Positions 22,701 to 31,495 of a DNA stretch of 64,000 nt are shown here, in pieces (positions within the stretch are counted from its first letter, which is position 1; every line of letters begins with the position of its first letter). Source of the DNA: a virus (Duplodnaviria; Caudoviricetes); the IMG/VR virus record IMGVR_UViG_3300021387_000090, positions 32,001 through 96,000 of that record, one strand, 5' to 3'. A program made the translations under genes and the position numbers. The notes under the pieces are model-generated. The model made no database searches, was not told where the DNA came from, and saw only the letters and a program-made list of their open reading frames with translations.

Positions 22701-25103
22701 TTAGATGCAGATCCCACTTTAGCAATGCAACCTGCAACTAAAAAATATGTAGATCAAAAAATAGGGACTGCATATGAGTCAAAAGATGCTGAACAAAATG
22801 GAACCGAAGTATCTCTCGTAACGACTGGTGAAAAATATAATTGGAATCAAAAGACAACTACAAGTTTTACTCCTACATTAAGTACTGGAACTAAAATCGG
22901 GACAATTACTATTAATGGAACTGCAACAGACTTATATTGTCAGACAAATACAAACATATTAACTGGTGTGAAAGGTAGTGCTGAATCTACTTATAGAACT
23001 GGCAATGTGAATTTAACGCCTGTGAATATTGGTGCGCTTGCGCTTACTGGTGGGACGCTGACAGGAAGTGTTACTATTGGGCAAACTACTGATACTGCTG
23101 TAAGAACTATGGCAGTGCAGAATTCGCTTAGTAATGTAGCATTAGCTGTCGGTGGGGATGGAAAACACGGTATTTTTTCGAACACTAAGGGCGATTGGCT
23201 GCTGTATGCAACGAAAGACGCAAATAGTACTAATTCAACACTTTATGTACCAAGACCACTTAGCGTTTCTGGACTTACTAGTGTAAGTAACAATGTCATA
23301 GCTACAGCAAGCGACACGAGTGAGCGGTATTTTCGAGCGGTTAACAGTAACGGATCTATCGAACTAAACGCATCAGCCGGGAACAAGGGCGTGTATGATC
23401 GTAGCGGTGGAAGATGGATCATGTATCTAGCTACCAATAGTGCGGCAGACACGGCGGTAATAATACCGAGAGGTTTGCAAGTTGGCGAAGCCGGGATAAA
23501 TGGGTACATTGAACTGTACCATGCTACCCCCTATATTGATTTTCATTATGGTAGAAGTACCGCAGATTATACAACAAGACTCATTGAAAATGCATCTGGT
23601 GTACTGACAATTGAAGGAAGGCTTTATAATTCAAGAGTACCGGGTTCTTGGGTTGCTGCAATAAAAACCGCAGCATTAACAGTTAATATGGCTTCAACTA
23701 CAAGCACAAGTGCAGCTATAAGTGGTATGACCATAAGAACTAAAAATGGTTATATTAGTTTAGATACTATTCCAACTACTGATGATAATTTATATATACA
23801 TTATATTTCCACCGCTAATTATAATGCAGGAACTAATACAGTTTCTGCGGCGAAAGTAAGTTGTAATATTACAGGTCATGCCGATGGCGATCTTCCTTTA
23901 ACAGGTGGGTCATTGACAGGAAACCTTTTTGTCAGCGCTTCAGACACCAGTGAGCGACAAGTTAGCATATCTAATTCTTTAGGACACGTATATCTCGATG
24001 TAAGTACCTCTGGTAATCATGGTTTATATTCTGGCACAAAAGGCGGTTGGATCATTTATTGTACTAAGGATGCTAGCTCAACGAATTCATGGGCATACAT
24101 ACCTAGAGCATTAAATGTATCAGGTCATATACATTCTAGTAATGAAATTCATTCTGGTGGTAAATCCACATCTCAGGACGGTCACGCTGGTGCAATTTTA
24201 AGTGGCGGTGGTCATTTATATTTACAACAAGGCGCTACGGGGAGCAATATCTACTTCATTTGGGGGGCTGGTAAAACAATAACGTCAAGAATTTACGAAT
24301 CTGCAAGTGGGACCCTTACAGCAAGCGGAAATTGGGATGTTGGGGGAAAAATACATGCAACTGGTAATATTACTTCCACAGCTCATGTATCTTGCGGTGG
24401 TAAAGAAAGTGGAGGAGATGGAAATCCTGGTTGTTTTATGAATAATGGTGGTTCTTTCTTTATTACTGGGCCAGCAAATAGCGGAGGCACAATTTTCTTC
24501 CACTATAATAAAGCTACCTCAAATACATCCAAAATATATGAATCATCATCTGGAACTATTAAAGTTGATGCATATTTATGGGGGAAGAACTCTAGTGGTG
24601 GATCGCATATAGTTGTTACTACAGTAGATACAGATAATCAGAAAGTAGCGTACTTGTCTACTAATACAACCGCATTGTATGTAAATGCAAGACATGGTGG
24701 TTCTTCTTATGCTAATAAGAGTGTCACCCTTTCTTCCTCTGATGTTCGTTTAAAAACCAATATCGCAGATTCTACTATCAATGCTTTAGACGTTATAAAC
24801 AAGATCCGTATCAGAGAATTTGATTGGACAGATGAACGTGAAGATAAGCATCAAGTCATTGGTATGGTTGCTGATGAGATCGAGAAACTGGATAAGAAGT
24901 TTGCGGTCGGTGGTGGATATACTGAAGATGGGTGCATGAATATCAAGAGTGTAGATACTTTCTATTTGACTGGGTATTTGACAAAAGGTATTCAGGAATT
25001 GAATGGAAAGGTTGACGGTCACGATGATAGGATTGCCGCATTAGAGAGGGAAAATAAAGAACTGCGGAAAGAGATTGAAGAATTGAAAAAAGAAATAGCT
25101 TAA
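19731..25103 (+). CDS. Large mosaic tail fibre / receptor-binding protein with C-terminal S74 chaperone
   Basis: 1790 aa. Mtd_N-like KIGDG..W..L.Y start, internal duplicated modules (ASDTSER x2, RIYESASGT/KIYESSSGT), terminal SDVRLK..FDW..GMVADE and coiled coil. Confidence 0.85.
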   Translation: MADTTLKVRMTAARKTESEWNVTTIIPKENEVLYTKGGLHDGEYKIGDGTHRWSDLDYIKPSYTYPELEPLMTKTYNNVICTANSDPAGYLYFMTIKPNNYNTAWTIRYRVHATIAGVTGGYQDSEVLIEGTRNTYLAYSTYNAVNNTSYRPYYYHMYFAANETGQANNYPHLLGFRFQSSYNPATTANSRTIVIEILEYKNCTLTFLDTMKLFADMPGSNSTNYGNTSSGANATRYSFDGTTQGWTFVGDRNTYPYLLSAYYTRPYAGVNGTKQYSLAMEDSVGRLQSFTTTHGTGTSKAKNTQGFRLGRMYYLNSSGNYTEGQQFGNDVSRVFQSDMDLRYSTNCGTTLTAFKPVYIVGTVNPITNLFYLDDTWWTQTLPTSEDGKIYIYIGCPYDTYRLTFEGYHDPVWYKDGAIRPFYGNTLNVEQLQEMRDSVIEDSTPYLFRPSANGNNIGDREYPEIIGGTVAWNQHVTFSQATYTEKGLTIKRNADGTIEISGTATEDWYSNIGNTVTSFLNHKILIKGCPSGGSSSTYSMRDGYTAGDKYKDFGDGNIVVGKANFIIQIIVGRGTALSTPIIFKPQAFDLTAMFGTSIADQAYAMEQATAKSGIAWLKSMGFFTADYYPYDAGTLKSVEGLASHDMIGFNQWDEEWESGYYDANGQPVTNSLTIRSKNYIEVMPDTAYFFKATSGTNNRICYFDVDKNFIYRTDLRTPDTAFTTPTNCRFVMFHNDGTTYSNDICINLSDPAKNGTYEPYEKHSYPLDSTLTLRGIPKLVDGKLQHDGDRYASDGTVTRRYGVVVYDGSADETWVYESSNRHFYIGLDNVKRSNDYEKCMVSNIKVASKAYSWSADAVPMVSAYGNTSAYPGKNWIYIKPNTDSVTDVATFRTWLSANPVTVVYELATPTTETAQPFQSPQIVDDFGTEEYVIANTVDVPIPVGHNTKYELKTGITTHGEVVDAGVLNSFYTMIKNEFVSTKGDIMTGPLTLDADPTLAMQPATKKYVDQKIGTAYESKDAEQNGTEVSLVTTGEKYNWNQKTTTSFTPTLSTGTKIGTITINGTATDLYCQTNTNILTGVKGSAESTYRTGNVNLTPVNIGALALTGGTLTGSVTIGQTTDTAVRTMAVQNSLSNVALAVGGDGKHGIFSNTKGDWLLYATKDANSTNSTLYVPRPLSVSGLTSVSNNVIATASDTSERYFRAVNSNGSIELNASAGNKGVYDRSGGRWIMYLATNSAADTAVIIPRGLQVGEAGINGYIELYHATPYIDFHYGRSTADYTTRLIENASGVLTIEGRLYNSRVPGSWVAAIKTAALTVNMASTTSTSAAISGMTIRTKNGYISLDTIPTTDDNLYIHYISTANYNAGTNTVSAAKVSCNITGHADGDLPLTGGSLTGNLFVSASDTSERQVSISNSLGHVYLDVSTSGNHGLYSGTKGGWIIYCTKDASSTNSWAYIPRALNVSGHIHSSNEIHSGGKSTSQDGHAGAILSGGGHLYLQQGATGSNIYFIWGAGKTITSRIYESASGTLTASGNWDVGGKIHATGNITSTAHVSCGGKESGGDGNPGCFMNNGGSFFITGPANSGGTIFFHYNKATSNTSKIYESSSGTIKVDAYLWGKNSSGGSHIVVTTVDTDNQKVAYLSTNTTALYVNARHGGSSYANKSVTLSSSDVRLKTNIADSTINALDVINKIRIREFDWTDEREDKHQVIGMVADEIEKLDKKFAVGGGYTEDGCMNIKSVDTFYLTGYLTKGIQELNGKVDGHDDRIAALERENKELRKEIEELKKEIA

Positions 25104-25130
25104 TATGCATAAGAAAGGAGGTTTGATAAA

Positions 25131-26591
25131 ATGTCAGAAGTAACTATTGATGCACGAATATTAATGAATTGTCATACTGAGGCAGAATGGCAGACAACAA
25201 ATCCCATACCGAAAAACCGGGAATTATGCATTTCGACAGATAAAAATTATGGTCTTTATAAGATAGGCGATGGCGTACATACTTGGTCACAACTACCTTA
25301 TGTTTTACAAGATTTTGCAACGGGCACTACCCAAAACAAGACTACTGCGAATGATTATAACCTTTTATTTACTTCAAATGAAGTTTTGGAGGGTGAGTAT
25401 CAACCTACTAGTACATCAGGTGATTTAAGATTCCACACCTATATAAAAGGTAATTTAACAAAGGGTAGCCTTATTGCCAAAGGATACGAAGATGCGTACT
25501 ACACTGATACATATACTCCTGTGTCTGATGATCCTTTAGAAGTCTTGCCACCTATAACTCAAAATACATATTTTCCTGTAGCAGTAAGTTCTTTAATGAA
25601 TGAACAAAAAACTGGTAGTTCAAATGAAAAAGATCGAGTAGGTGTGCTTACGCTTAAAAATGGAAATGTAGACAATGCTTCTTCTATGGCATCTTCTCAG
25701 ATAATTGCAACTACAAATGGTGGCGTAAAAATTAGTGAAAACCAAGGTAGTACAAGTGGTGTCACTATAAGAAATAATGGTACTATTACATTAACGGATT
25801 CCAATGGTAACACTCTTCCAATCTCTGTACCTGCGTCAGATGCTTCAACTGTATACCTTCGTGGTGATGGTACTTGGAGTACTGTTAGTGGAGGTAGTGG
25901 ATCTTCTTTACAAAATCTTGTAGATGGTTCTGCTACTGGTTCTGTAAGAGGGATAGGTACAACAGCAGAAAGTGATACTTATACTATTGGTTCATATGCT
26001 TTTTCAGAGGGTTATTACACAAAAGCTTCAGGTAATTACAGCCATGCGGAGGGAGAATATACTACTTCTCAACGCAAATCTCAAACAACTATAGGTAGAT
26101 ATAATATTTTAGATACAACAAATTCTGAGATTTTTAATTATGGTTCTTATGCATTTATCATAGGAAATGGTACAGCAGATGATGCCAGATCAAATGCTTT
26201 AACTGTAGATTGGGACGGTAATGTCACTGCAACCACTTTTGTGCAGTCCTCAGATAAACGACTTAAAGATAACATTGAAAGTCTTGACAATAATTACGAG
26301 CGATTCTTTATGAATCTTCAACCATCTACATTTACTTTAAAACAAGATGAAACCAATAAAACACACATTGGCTTTATTGCACAAGATGTTGAGCAAGCTT
26401 TAATTAATTCAGAGTTAACAAAAGATGATTTTGCTGGATTAGTTACACAAGAAAACGGGGAGGATGAAAGTTATTATTTGTGTTATGATGAGTTTATCTC
26501 CTTAAATACACATATGATACAGAAACTATATCAACGGATTGAACAGCTTGAAGATAGAATCAAAGAGTTGGAATCCTCAACTGCTAAATAA
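25131..26591 (+). CDS. Tail fibre/spike protein with YadA-like head repeats and S74 chaperone
   Basis: KIGDGVHTWSQLPY N-terminus; SEGYYTKASGNYSHAEG repeats; SDKRLK..GFIAQD. Confidence 0.8.
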   Translation: MSEVTIDARILMNCHTEAEWQTTNPIPKNRELCISTDKNYGLYKIGDGVHTWSQLPYVLQDFATGTTQNKTTANDYNLLFTSNEVLEGEYQPTSTSGDLRFHTYIKGNLTKGSLIAKGYEDAYYTDTYTPVSDDPLEVLPPITQNTYFPVAVSSLMNEQKTGSSNEKDRVGVLTLKNGNVDNASSMASSQIIATTNGGVKISENQGSTSGVTIRNNGTITLTDSNGNTLPISVPASDASTVYLRGDGTWSTVSGGSGSSLQNLVDGSATGSVRGIGTTAESDTYTIGSYAFSEGYYTKASGNYSHAEGEYTTSQRKSQTTIGRYNILDTTNSEIFNYGSYAFIIGNGTADDARSNALTVDWDGNVTATTFVQSSDKRLKDNIESLDNNYERFFMNLQPSTFTLKQDETNKTHIGFIAQDVEQALINSELTKDDFAGLVTQENGEDESYYLCYDEFISLNTHMIQKLYQRIEQLEDRIKELESSTAK

Positions 26592-26602
26592 GGAGACAAA
26601 TT

Positions 26603-27097
26603 ATGAACGGATTAATATCACAAATAATGGCATCAAGTTCGCCATTCGTAATTATCATCTTATCTGTCCTCATAACATTTTTATTAATTAAAGAATTATA
26701 TTCAGCACTTAAATGGATCAAAGATCGGTTTGATGGATATCATAATATTCAAAACAATAAAGAAAACGCCGCTGAAGAGATCGAACAAAGGATTAAAACT
26801 TTAGAAGATCATGATGAGTGGCAGTATAAAAAGCTGAATGAATTAGGCGATCAAGTACAAGAAATTATTGGCTTAACTAAAGAAATTCAAGCCACACAGT
26901 CGAAGATGATTATAGACACTTACAAGGGGTCGATTTTTAGGATTTACCATGACGCTTCTAAAAATAAATATATATCTCAAACGGAACTCGATAGATTTAT
27001 TGATCTTTGCTCAATCTATAAAGCCGCTGGTGGAGATGGTGTAGTAGATGAAAAGATTTATCCAGAGGTCATGGCTCTACCTATCAACAACGGTTAA
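26603..27097 (+). CDS. Holin-like membrane protein
   Basis: N-terminal transmembrane helix, coiled coil and C-terminal YKAAGGDG motif; lysis module position. Confidence 0.55.
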   Translation: MNGLISQIMASSSPFVIIILSVLITFLLIKELYSALKWIKDRFDGYHNIQNNKENAAEEIEQRIKTLEDHDEWQYKKLNELGDQVQEIIGLTKEIQATQSKMIIDTYKGSIFRIYHDASKNKYISQTELDRFIDLCSIYKAAGGDGVVDEKIYPEVMALPINNG

Positions 27098-27127
27098 AAG
27101 GAATAAAACATAAAGGAGGATACAATT

Positions 27128-27538
27128 ATGTTAGAAACAATTTTAGGTATCGTAATTAAGAATGTATTAGAAATTGTAGCTGCGGTTATTTCTGTATTGG
27201 TCGCAGGTATCGTTATTCCATGGATTAAGACTGAAATGGTTCCTTTCTTGAAAGAAAAGAGATTGTACAACATTGTATCAATTGGTGTCAATGCTGCTGA
27301 AAAGCTTGCTGAAGGTACTGAGATGAGCGGTCTTGATAAGAAAGCATATGTTATTCATTATCTGCAAAGCAAAGGTATTATGATTACAGAAGAAGTTGAG
27401 GCTTTTATTGAGTCTGCTTGTTATGATTTAGATCTGATTGCAGACGCAGGAAAGAAAGCTTTTGATGAAAATGATGATATCGAAGGTGACGAGCCTGAAG
27501 ACTTAGACATTGATAATACAGAACTGGTAATGGGTTGA
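27128..27538 (+). CDS. Holin (LL-H-like family)
   Basis: TM helix then GVNAAEK..G.DKK.YV..L..IESA pattern. Confidence 0.75.
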   Translation: MLETILGIVIKNVLEIVAAVISVLVAGIVIPWIKTEMVPFLKEKRLYNIVSIGVNAAEKLAEGTEMSGLDKKAYVIHYLQSKGIMITEEVEAFIESACYDLDLIADAGKKAFDENDDIEGDEPEDLDIDNTELVMG

Positions 27539-27551
27539 TAATAATAGAATT

Positions 27552-27580
27552 AAGAGAGGCTGAAAAGCCTCTCTTCTTTC
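27552..27580 (+). terminator. Intrinsic terminator
   Basis: AAGAGAGGCT-GAAA-AGCCTCTCTT followed by CTTTC. Confidence 0.7.
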
Positions 27581-27670
27581 TTACAAAATTTATCTATACT
27601 TATTTATTCTAATTGAACAAACAACTTAAATTCTTAATTCTATATCTATGAAAGAAAGGAGCGTGACAGT

Positions 27671-28624
27671 ATGGCTATCACAGAAAAAGATATTACTATT
27701 TGTGGTCATGGTGGCGGTAGACCTTCTCTTAAAGTAATGACAAATTATTTTCAAACCAGATATAATTCTATTGCTCCAAACGGAAAGCATAAAGGAATTA
27801 TAGTGGTTAGACGTTTAAAAGGAATGACAGATAAGAAGCGTCAGGAATTTCATGATGCTTATAAGATTATTTTAGGCAGAAACTATTATAGCCAAGATAG
27901 GCGGTATTATGTTTACACTAAATATAGAGATGGGTATTATTATAGCGATTGTTCTTCTAGTTATTGCGCAGCTTTAAAGCGTATTGGATATAATATTAGT
28001 CTGTTGAGTACAGCGGGTATTTATTGGTCTGATTTGTTTGAGGATGTTCCTGTTAAAATCGAGAATGGACATATCATGAATCCTGAAATTTTAAAGGTTG
28101 GAGATGCATTATTGTTTGTGGGGAATGATCCTTCTAGGCCCCGTCAAATCGGGCATATCGAATCTGTCTACGAAATTAAAGGAAAAGTAGTTTATAAGGA
28201 AGATTCTTCTACTACCACACCTACTACAACAACATCTTCCTCTACTTCGACAGCTACCTCTACTTCTTATCTTGGCATTGTAACTGCGTCTGCGTTGAAT
28301 GTACGTTCTGATGCGGGGACTAACAACAGTATTGTAAAAACGGTCAAGAATGGGCAGCCTGTCTATATAACGAAAGTAAAGGATGGATGGGGCTATATTG
28401 GATATGGTTGGGTAAGTTTGAAGTATATTTCAAAGAAGTCTTCTATTACTGGTAAGGTAACCGCATCTGCATTGAATGTCCGTAAGGCTCCTATTAACGG
28501 AGATATTAAAAGGGCTATTAAGAACGGTACGAAGGTTACGATCACCAAATTCAACGAAGAAAATACTTGGGCTTATGACTCAATTACAAAAGGTTGGGTA
28601 AGCCTGAAGTTCATCAAGTTTTAA
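27671..28624 (+). CDS. Endolysin: NlpC/P60-like cysteine peptidase plus two SH3b domains
   Basis: YSDCSS (catalytic Cys), GDALLF, GHIE (His); S/T-rich linker; two VTASALNVR...GWVSLK SH3b repeats. Confidence 0.8.
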   Translation: MAITEKDITICGHGGGRPSLKVMTNYFQTRYNSIAPNGKHKGIIVVRRLKGMTDKKRQEFHDAYKIILGRNYYSQDRRYYVYTKYRDGYYYSDCSSSYCAALKRIGYNISLLSTAGIYWSDLFEDVPVKIENGHIMNPEILKVGDALLFVGNDPSRPRQIGHIESVYEIKGKVVYKEDSSTTTPTTTTSSSTSTATSTSYLGIVTASALNVRSDAGTNNSIVKTVKNGQPVYITKVKDGWGYIGYGWVSLKYISKKSSITGKVTASALNVRKAPINGDIKRAIKNGTKVTITKFNEENTWAYDSITKGWVSLKFIKF

Positions 28625-28638
28625 GGAGGGAACAGGAA

Positions 28639-29505
28639 ATGAGTTTGACTAAAGACGAATTGAATGTTCTGATCAATATTATAGGGGCTGTAGAGACTGG
28701 AGGACAGGTATATGGTGCTGGACGCTATGACGATTTTACTCCAGCCTACGCAAATTCCTATTCTGAGCATGGAATTACCATTGGTAAGTACCAACACTAT
28801 GCCAACGAAGCTAAAGCATTGCTTTTACGCATCCAGAAAGCTGATTCTAATCTTTTTAACAAACTAGATACGGAAGGTATAGGGTCTGATCTAAGAGTCC
28901 GTAATTGGGGCTATTACAAGATCCTGAAAGGATCCGCTAAAGCCAAGTGTATCCAGAAGATCATCTCAACTGAAGTTGGGAAACGTGTTCAGGATGAAAT
29001 GGTAGCAGAGCAAATGCAGACTTTTGCTGCTGAAGCTGAAAGACTCGGCGTAACAGATCATCAAGCCCAATGTATGGTATGTAACTACAGACATCAGGGC
29101 GGGTTGGGTGCTGTCAAACGTATTCTTGCCAAAGCCGAAAAGCCTTATACACTTGACAGTTTATACGAAGCAAGCAAGTCTGATACTGGCAATCAGGTTG
29201 GAGCATATAAAACCAGACAAAAATTTGTATACGAATCTCTGAAGAAATATTGGCCTGAAGAAGAAGAGCCTGTTCGTAGGTTCGGAAAGGACTTTAAGAG
29301 GTTCTTCAAAGTATCTGGCACAAGCGCGTTGAATTATAGAGAAGACGCTGGCAAGCAGTATCCTGTATTGGGGGTTTTACAAGAAGACGATCTGGTTTCC
29401 TGTACTGGATGGTTTAAAAAAGTGAATGGTGTGAAATGGTTAGAGATTAATCGTGACGGTAAAATAGGATATGCTTCTTCAAAATATCTCACTAAGATAG
29501 GCTAA
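28639..29505 (+). CDS. Second endolysin: lysozyme-like domain plus SH3b (start moved to ATG 28639)
   Basis: AGGAGG RBS before ATG 28639; AVETGG..ITIGKYQ lysozyme-like motifs; LNYR..GYASSKYL SH3b. Confidence 0.7.
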   Translation: MSLTKDELNVLINIIGAVETGGQVYGAGRYDDFTPAYANSYSEHGITIGKYQHYANEAKALLLRIQKADSNLFNKLDTEGIGSDLRVRNWGYYKILKGSAKAKCIQKIISTEVGKRVQDEMVAEQMQTFAAEAERLGVTDHQAQCMVCNYRHQGGLGAVKRILAKAEKPYTLDSLYEASKSDTGNQVGAYKTRQKFVYESLKKYWPEEEEPVRRFGKDFKRFFKVSGTSALNYREDAGKQYPVLGVLQEDDLVSCTGWFKKVNGVKWLEINRDGKIGYASSKYLTKIG

Positions 29506-29509
29506 AATT

Positions 29510-29551
29510 AAAAAGGGGTATTACATTGATAAAATGTAATACCCCTTTTTT
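29510..29551. terminator. Bidirectional intrinsic terminator at the convergence of the two transcription arms
   Basis: A5-GGGGTATTACATT...AATGTAATACCCC-T6. Confidence 0.9.
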
Positions 29552-29560
29552 GCTCTAAAC

Positions 29561-29830
29561 TTATTTCAACAATTCTTCCAGTTGCTCTAAAGTTACACCT
29601 TTCGCCTTTATAAATTTAGCGATCTTCTTTTGTTCTTCTTCTTGTTGTTTACGCAATTCTGCGTTATCTAATAATTCTAATTCTTCTTTTAATCCTTTAA
29701 TAGTTTCTTTCGCATCAAGCAATTTTTTCTCAAGACTCGCAGCCTTATTCTCCATAATTTCAATTTTGGCAAGTAAGGCAGTCTTCTTATCTCTTCTGAT
29801 TCTTTTCTTAGTCTCTTCTTCAAGTGCCAT
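29561..29830 (-). CDS. 89-aa coiled-coil protein, moron-like
   Basis: AAGGAGG RBS, own consensus promoter and a terminator. Confidence 0.8.
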   Translation of the reverse strand: MALEEETKKRIRRDKKTALLAKIEIMENKAASLEKKLLDAKETIKGLKEELELLDNAELRKQQEEEQKKIAKFIKAKGVTLEQLEELLK

Positions 29831-29856
29831 AAGGCAAGCCCTCCTTTATGTCTTTG

Positions 29857-29885
29857 ATTATAGAAGAGATCTGTAATAATGTCAA
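29857..29885 (-). promoter_or_regulatory. Consensus sigmaA/sigma70 promoter
   Basis: TTGACA-17 nt-TATAAT on the minus strand. Confidence 0.9.
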
Positions 29886-29894
29886 GAATAAAAT

Positions 29895-29950
29895 TAAAGT
29901 ACATACATAAAATCATAAACCATCGCTTATGGTTTTATGTATGTACTTTA
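29895..29950. repeat. 24-bp near-perfect inverted repeat with 8-nt loop
   Basis: TAAAGTACATACATAAAATCATAA / TTATGGTTTTATGTATGTACTTTA (23 of 24 Watson-Crick pairs). Confidence 0.9.
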
Positions 29951-30000
29951 TTAAGAATGCCAAGGCTACTTCCTCCTTTCTATTTTGTCATTTTTCTTAT

Positions 30001-30214
30001 TTGAGTCACAATGACCCAAATAAGACCTATAAAACGACTCAAGTAATTTAAAAAAGCATTGTAAATAAAGGAGTTTTAAGGGGATTAAAATCGTTCGAAT
30101 CCCTTCTGGCGTATTAGAATTATACAAATATGGGTTGATTTTCAAGCCATTTCAAGGGTTTTTAAGGGTTTTCTATCACTTGCTTATGATTTTCCTGACC
30201 CAACAGTGACTCAG
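30001..30214 (+). mobile_element. attP-like site: tRNA 3'-end core (30093-30113) flanked by arm-type repeats
   Basis: GTTCGAATCCCTTCTGGCGTA is a T-loop plus acceptor 3' strand. TGACYCAA-like repeats at 30001(-), 30012, 30035, 30196 and 30207. Directly downstream of the integrase. Confidence 0.75.
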
Positions 30215-30223
30215 CCCATTTTG

Positions 30224-31480
30224 TTAATAATTTATGGCGTTACCAATGGTGTCTTTAGCTTCGATACTCTCAGTAACATTAAAGCGATAGAATTTTTTCG
30301 TTGTTTCTATATCTGTGTGCCCCATTTGGTTAATGATCAGAGTCTCATCTACATGATTTTGAAATAATGTAGAAGCATAGGTTTTTCGAGCCTTATGCAT
30401 GGCTCTTGGTTCAATGCCAACCGCTACACAGATTCGCTTTAATTTGTTGCTGAGAGTATCTGCTTTTATACGATTTCCGTCTTTACTAGTAAAGACATAT
30501 TCAGTATCAGGATTGATTTCTCGCAGACGTTTCATAATCTGTTGAGCCTGTGAAGTAAGAATTACATCTCTTACACCAGCTTTTGTTTTAGGGACATCTC
30601 GTACTTGATAATGATATCCATCTTCATCTCTAAAACACTCTTCAGTACGATGGACATACACAGAACCATCAAATACATCTTCCCACTTCAAAGCAACAAT
30701 TTCACCGATCCTCATACCAGTATAAAAACCTAGCAGAATACCATAGCTAATCACTGACTCAGCATGAACATCAATATATCTCTTGATTTTTTCGATCTCT
30801 TCTTTATTAAAGATTTGTTTTTTTAACACAGGATCTGCAAAATATGAACGAAGATTCAAGCTTTTAAAAAACAATTCTGGAGAAAAATTTAATTTGTGAG
30901 ATCTTCCATAATAGTTTAAAGCACCCCGAAGAATCGTTCTTAATCCACTATAAGCTTTTGCAGTAAGATCAAGAGTATCGATCCTCTCCAAAATAAAATC
31001 TTCTAATTCAATCTCTGTCAAAGTCCCAACGTCCTTATTAAACATTTCAGTGTCATCAAAAAACCTGTGAAAATCAAGAGTGTATCGATTTGCTGTTTGC
31101 AGTTTAAATTTATTACGCTTTTTTCCCATTTGAATTTTATAATCAATCCATTCAGGAATGAGTTCACCAATAATAGTTTTGGTACGGCGCTTATAAAATT
31201 CAATAATTAAATCTTCTAATTCTTCTTTAGTTTTTTTTCGTTTCTTCACCCTCTTTTCTGATCCATCATCGCTCGGCAAATAAGTCATCCAACATCCTGT
31301 TGAACTATTTGTAATAGCGTACTTGTGCATTGAGAGATAATATTCTCTTTCAGCTTTTTCCATAATTTCAGTAGCCTTGGCATCTGTAATTATACCATTT
31401 TTTGAGGATAAAATCAAATCATTCTTTAATTCTCCCAATAGATTTTTTGTCTCGTCTCTAGCATTAAAATAATCGTTCAA
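30224..31480 (-). CDS. int: Tyrosine integrase
   Basis: GMRIGE (R), PKT (K), HKAR (HxxR), MGH and TKKFY (Y) catalytic residues. Confidence 0.93.
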   Translation of the reverse strand: MNDYFNARDETKNLLGELKNDLILSSKNGIITDAKATEIMEKAEREYYLSMHKYAITNSSTGCWMTYLPSDDGSEKRVKKRKKTKEELEDLIIEFYKRRTKTIIGELIPEWIDYKIQMGKKRNKFKLQTANRYTLDFHRFFDDTEMFNKDVGTLTEIELEDFILERIDTLDLTAKAYSGLRTILRGALNYYGRSHKLNFSPELFFKSLNLRSYFADPVLKKQIFNKEEIEKIKRYIDVHAESVISYGILLGFYTGMRIGEIVALKWEDVFDGSVYVHRTEECFRDEDGYHYQVRDVPKTKAGVRDVILTSQAQQIMKRLREINPDTEYVFTSKDGNRIKADTLSNKLKRICVAVGIEPRAMHKARKTYASTLFQNHVDETLIINQMGHTDIETTKKFYRFNVTESIEAKDTIGNAINY

Positions 31481-31495
31481 ACAATCACCACCTAA

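Noticed and set aside
7681-26591. Complete diversity-generating retroelement or invertase shufflon for the fibres
   Set aside because: No reverse transcriptase, template repeat, inverted fibre cassettes or adjacent invertase seen.
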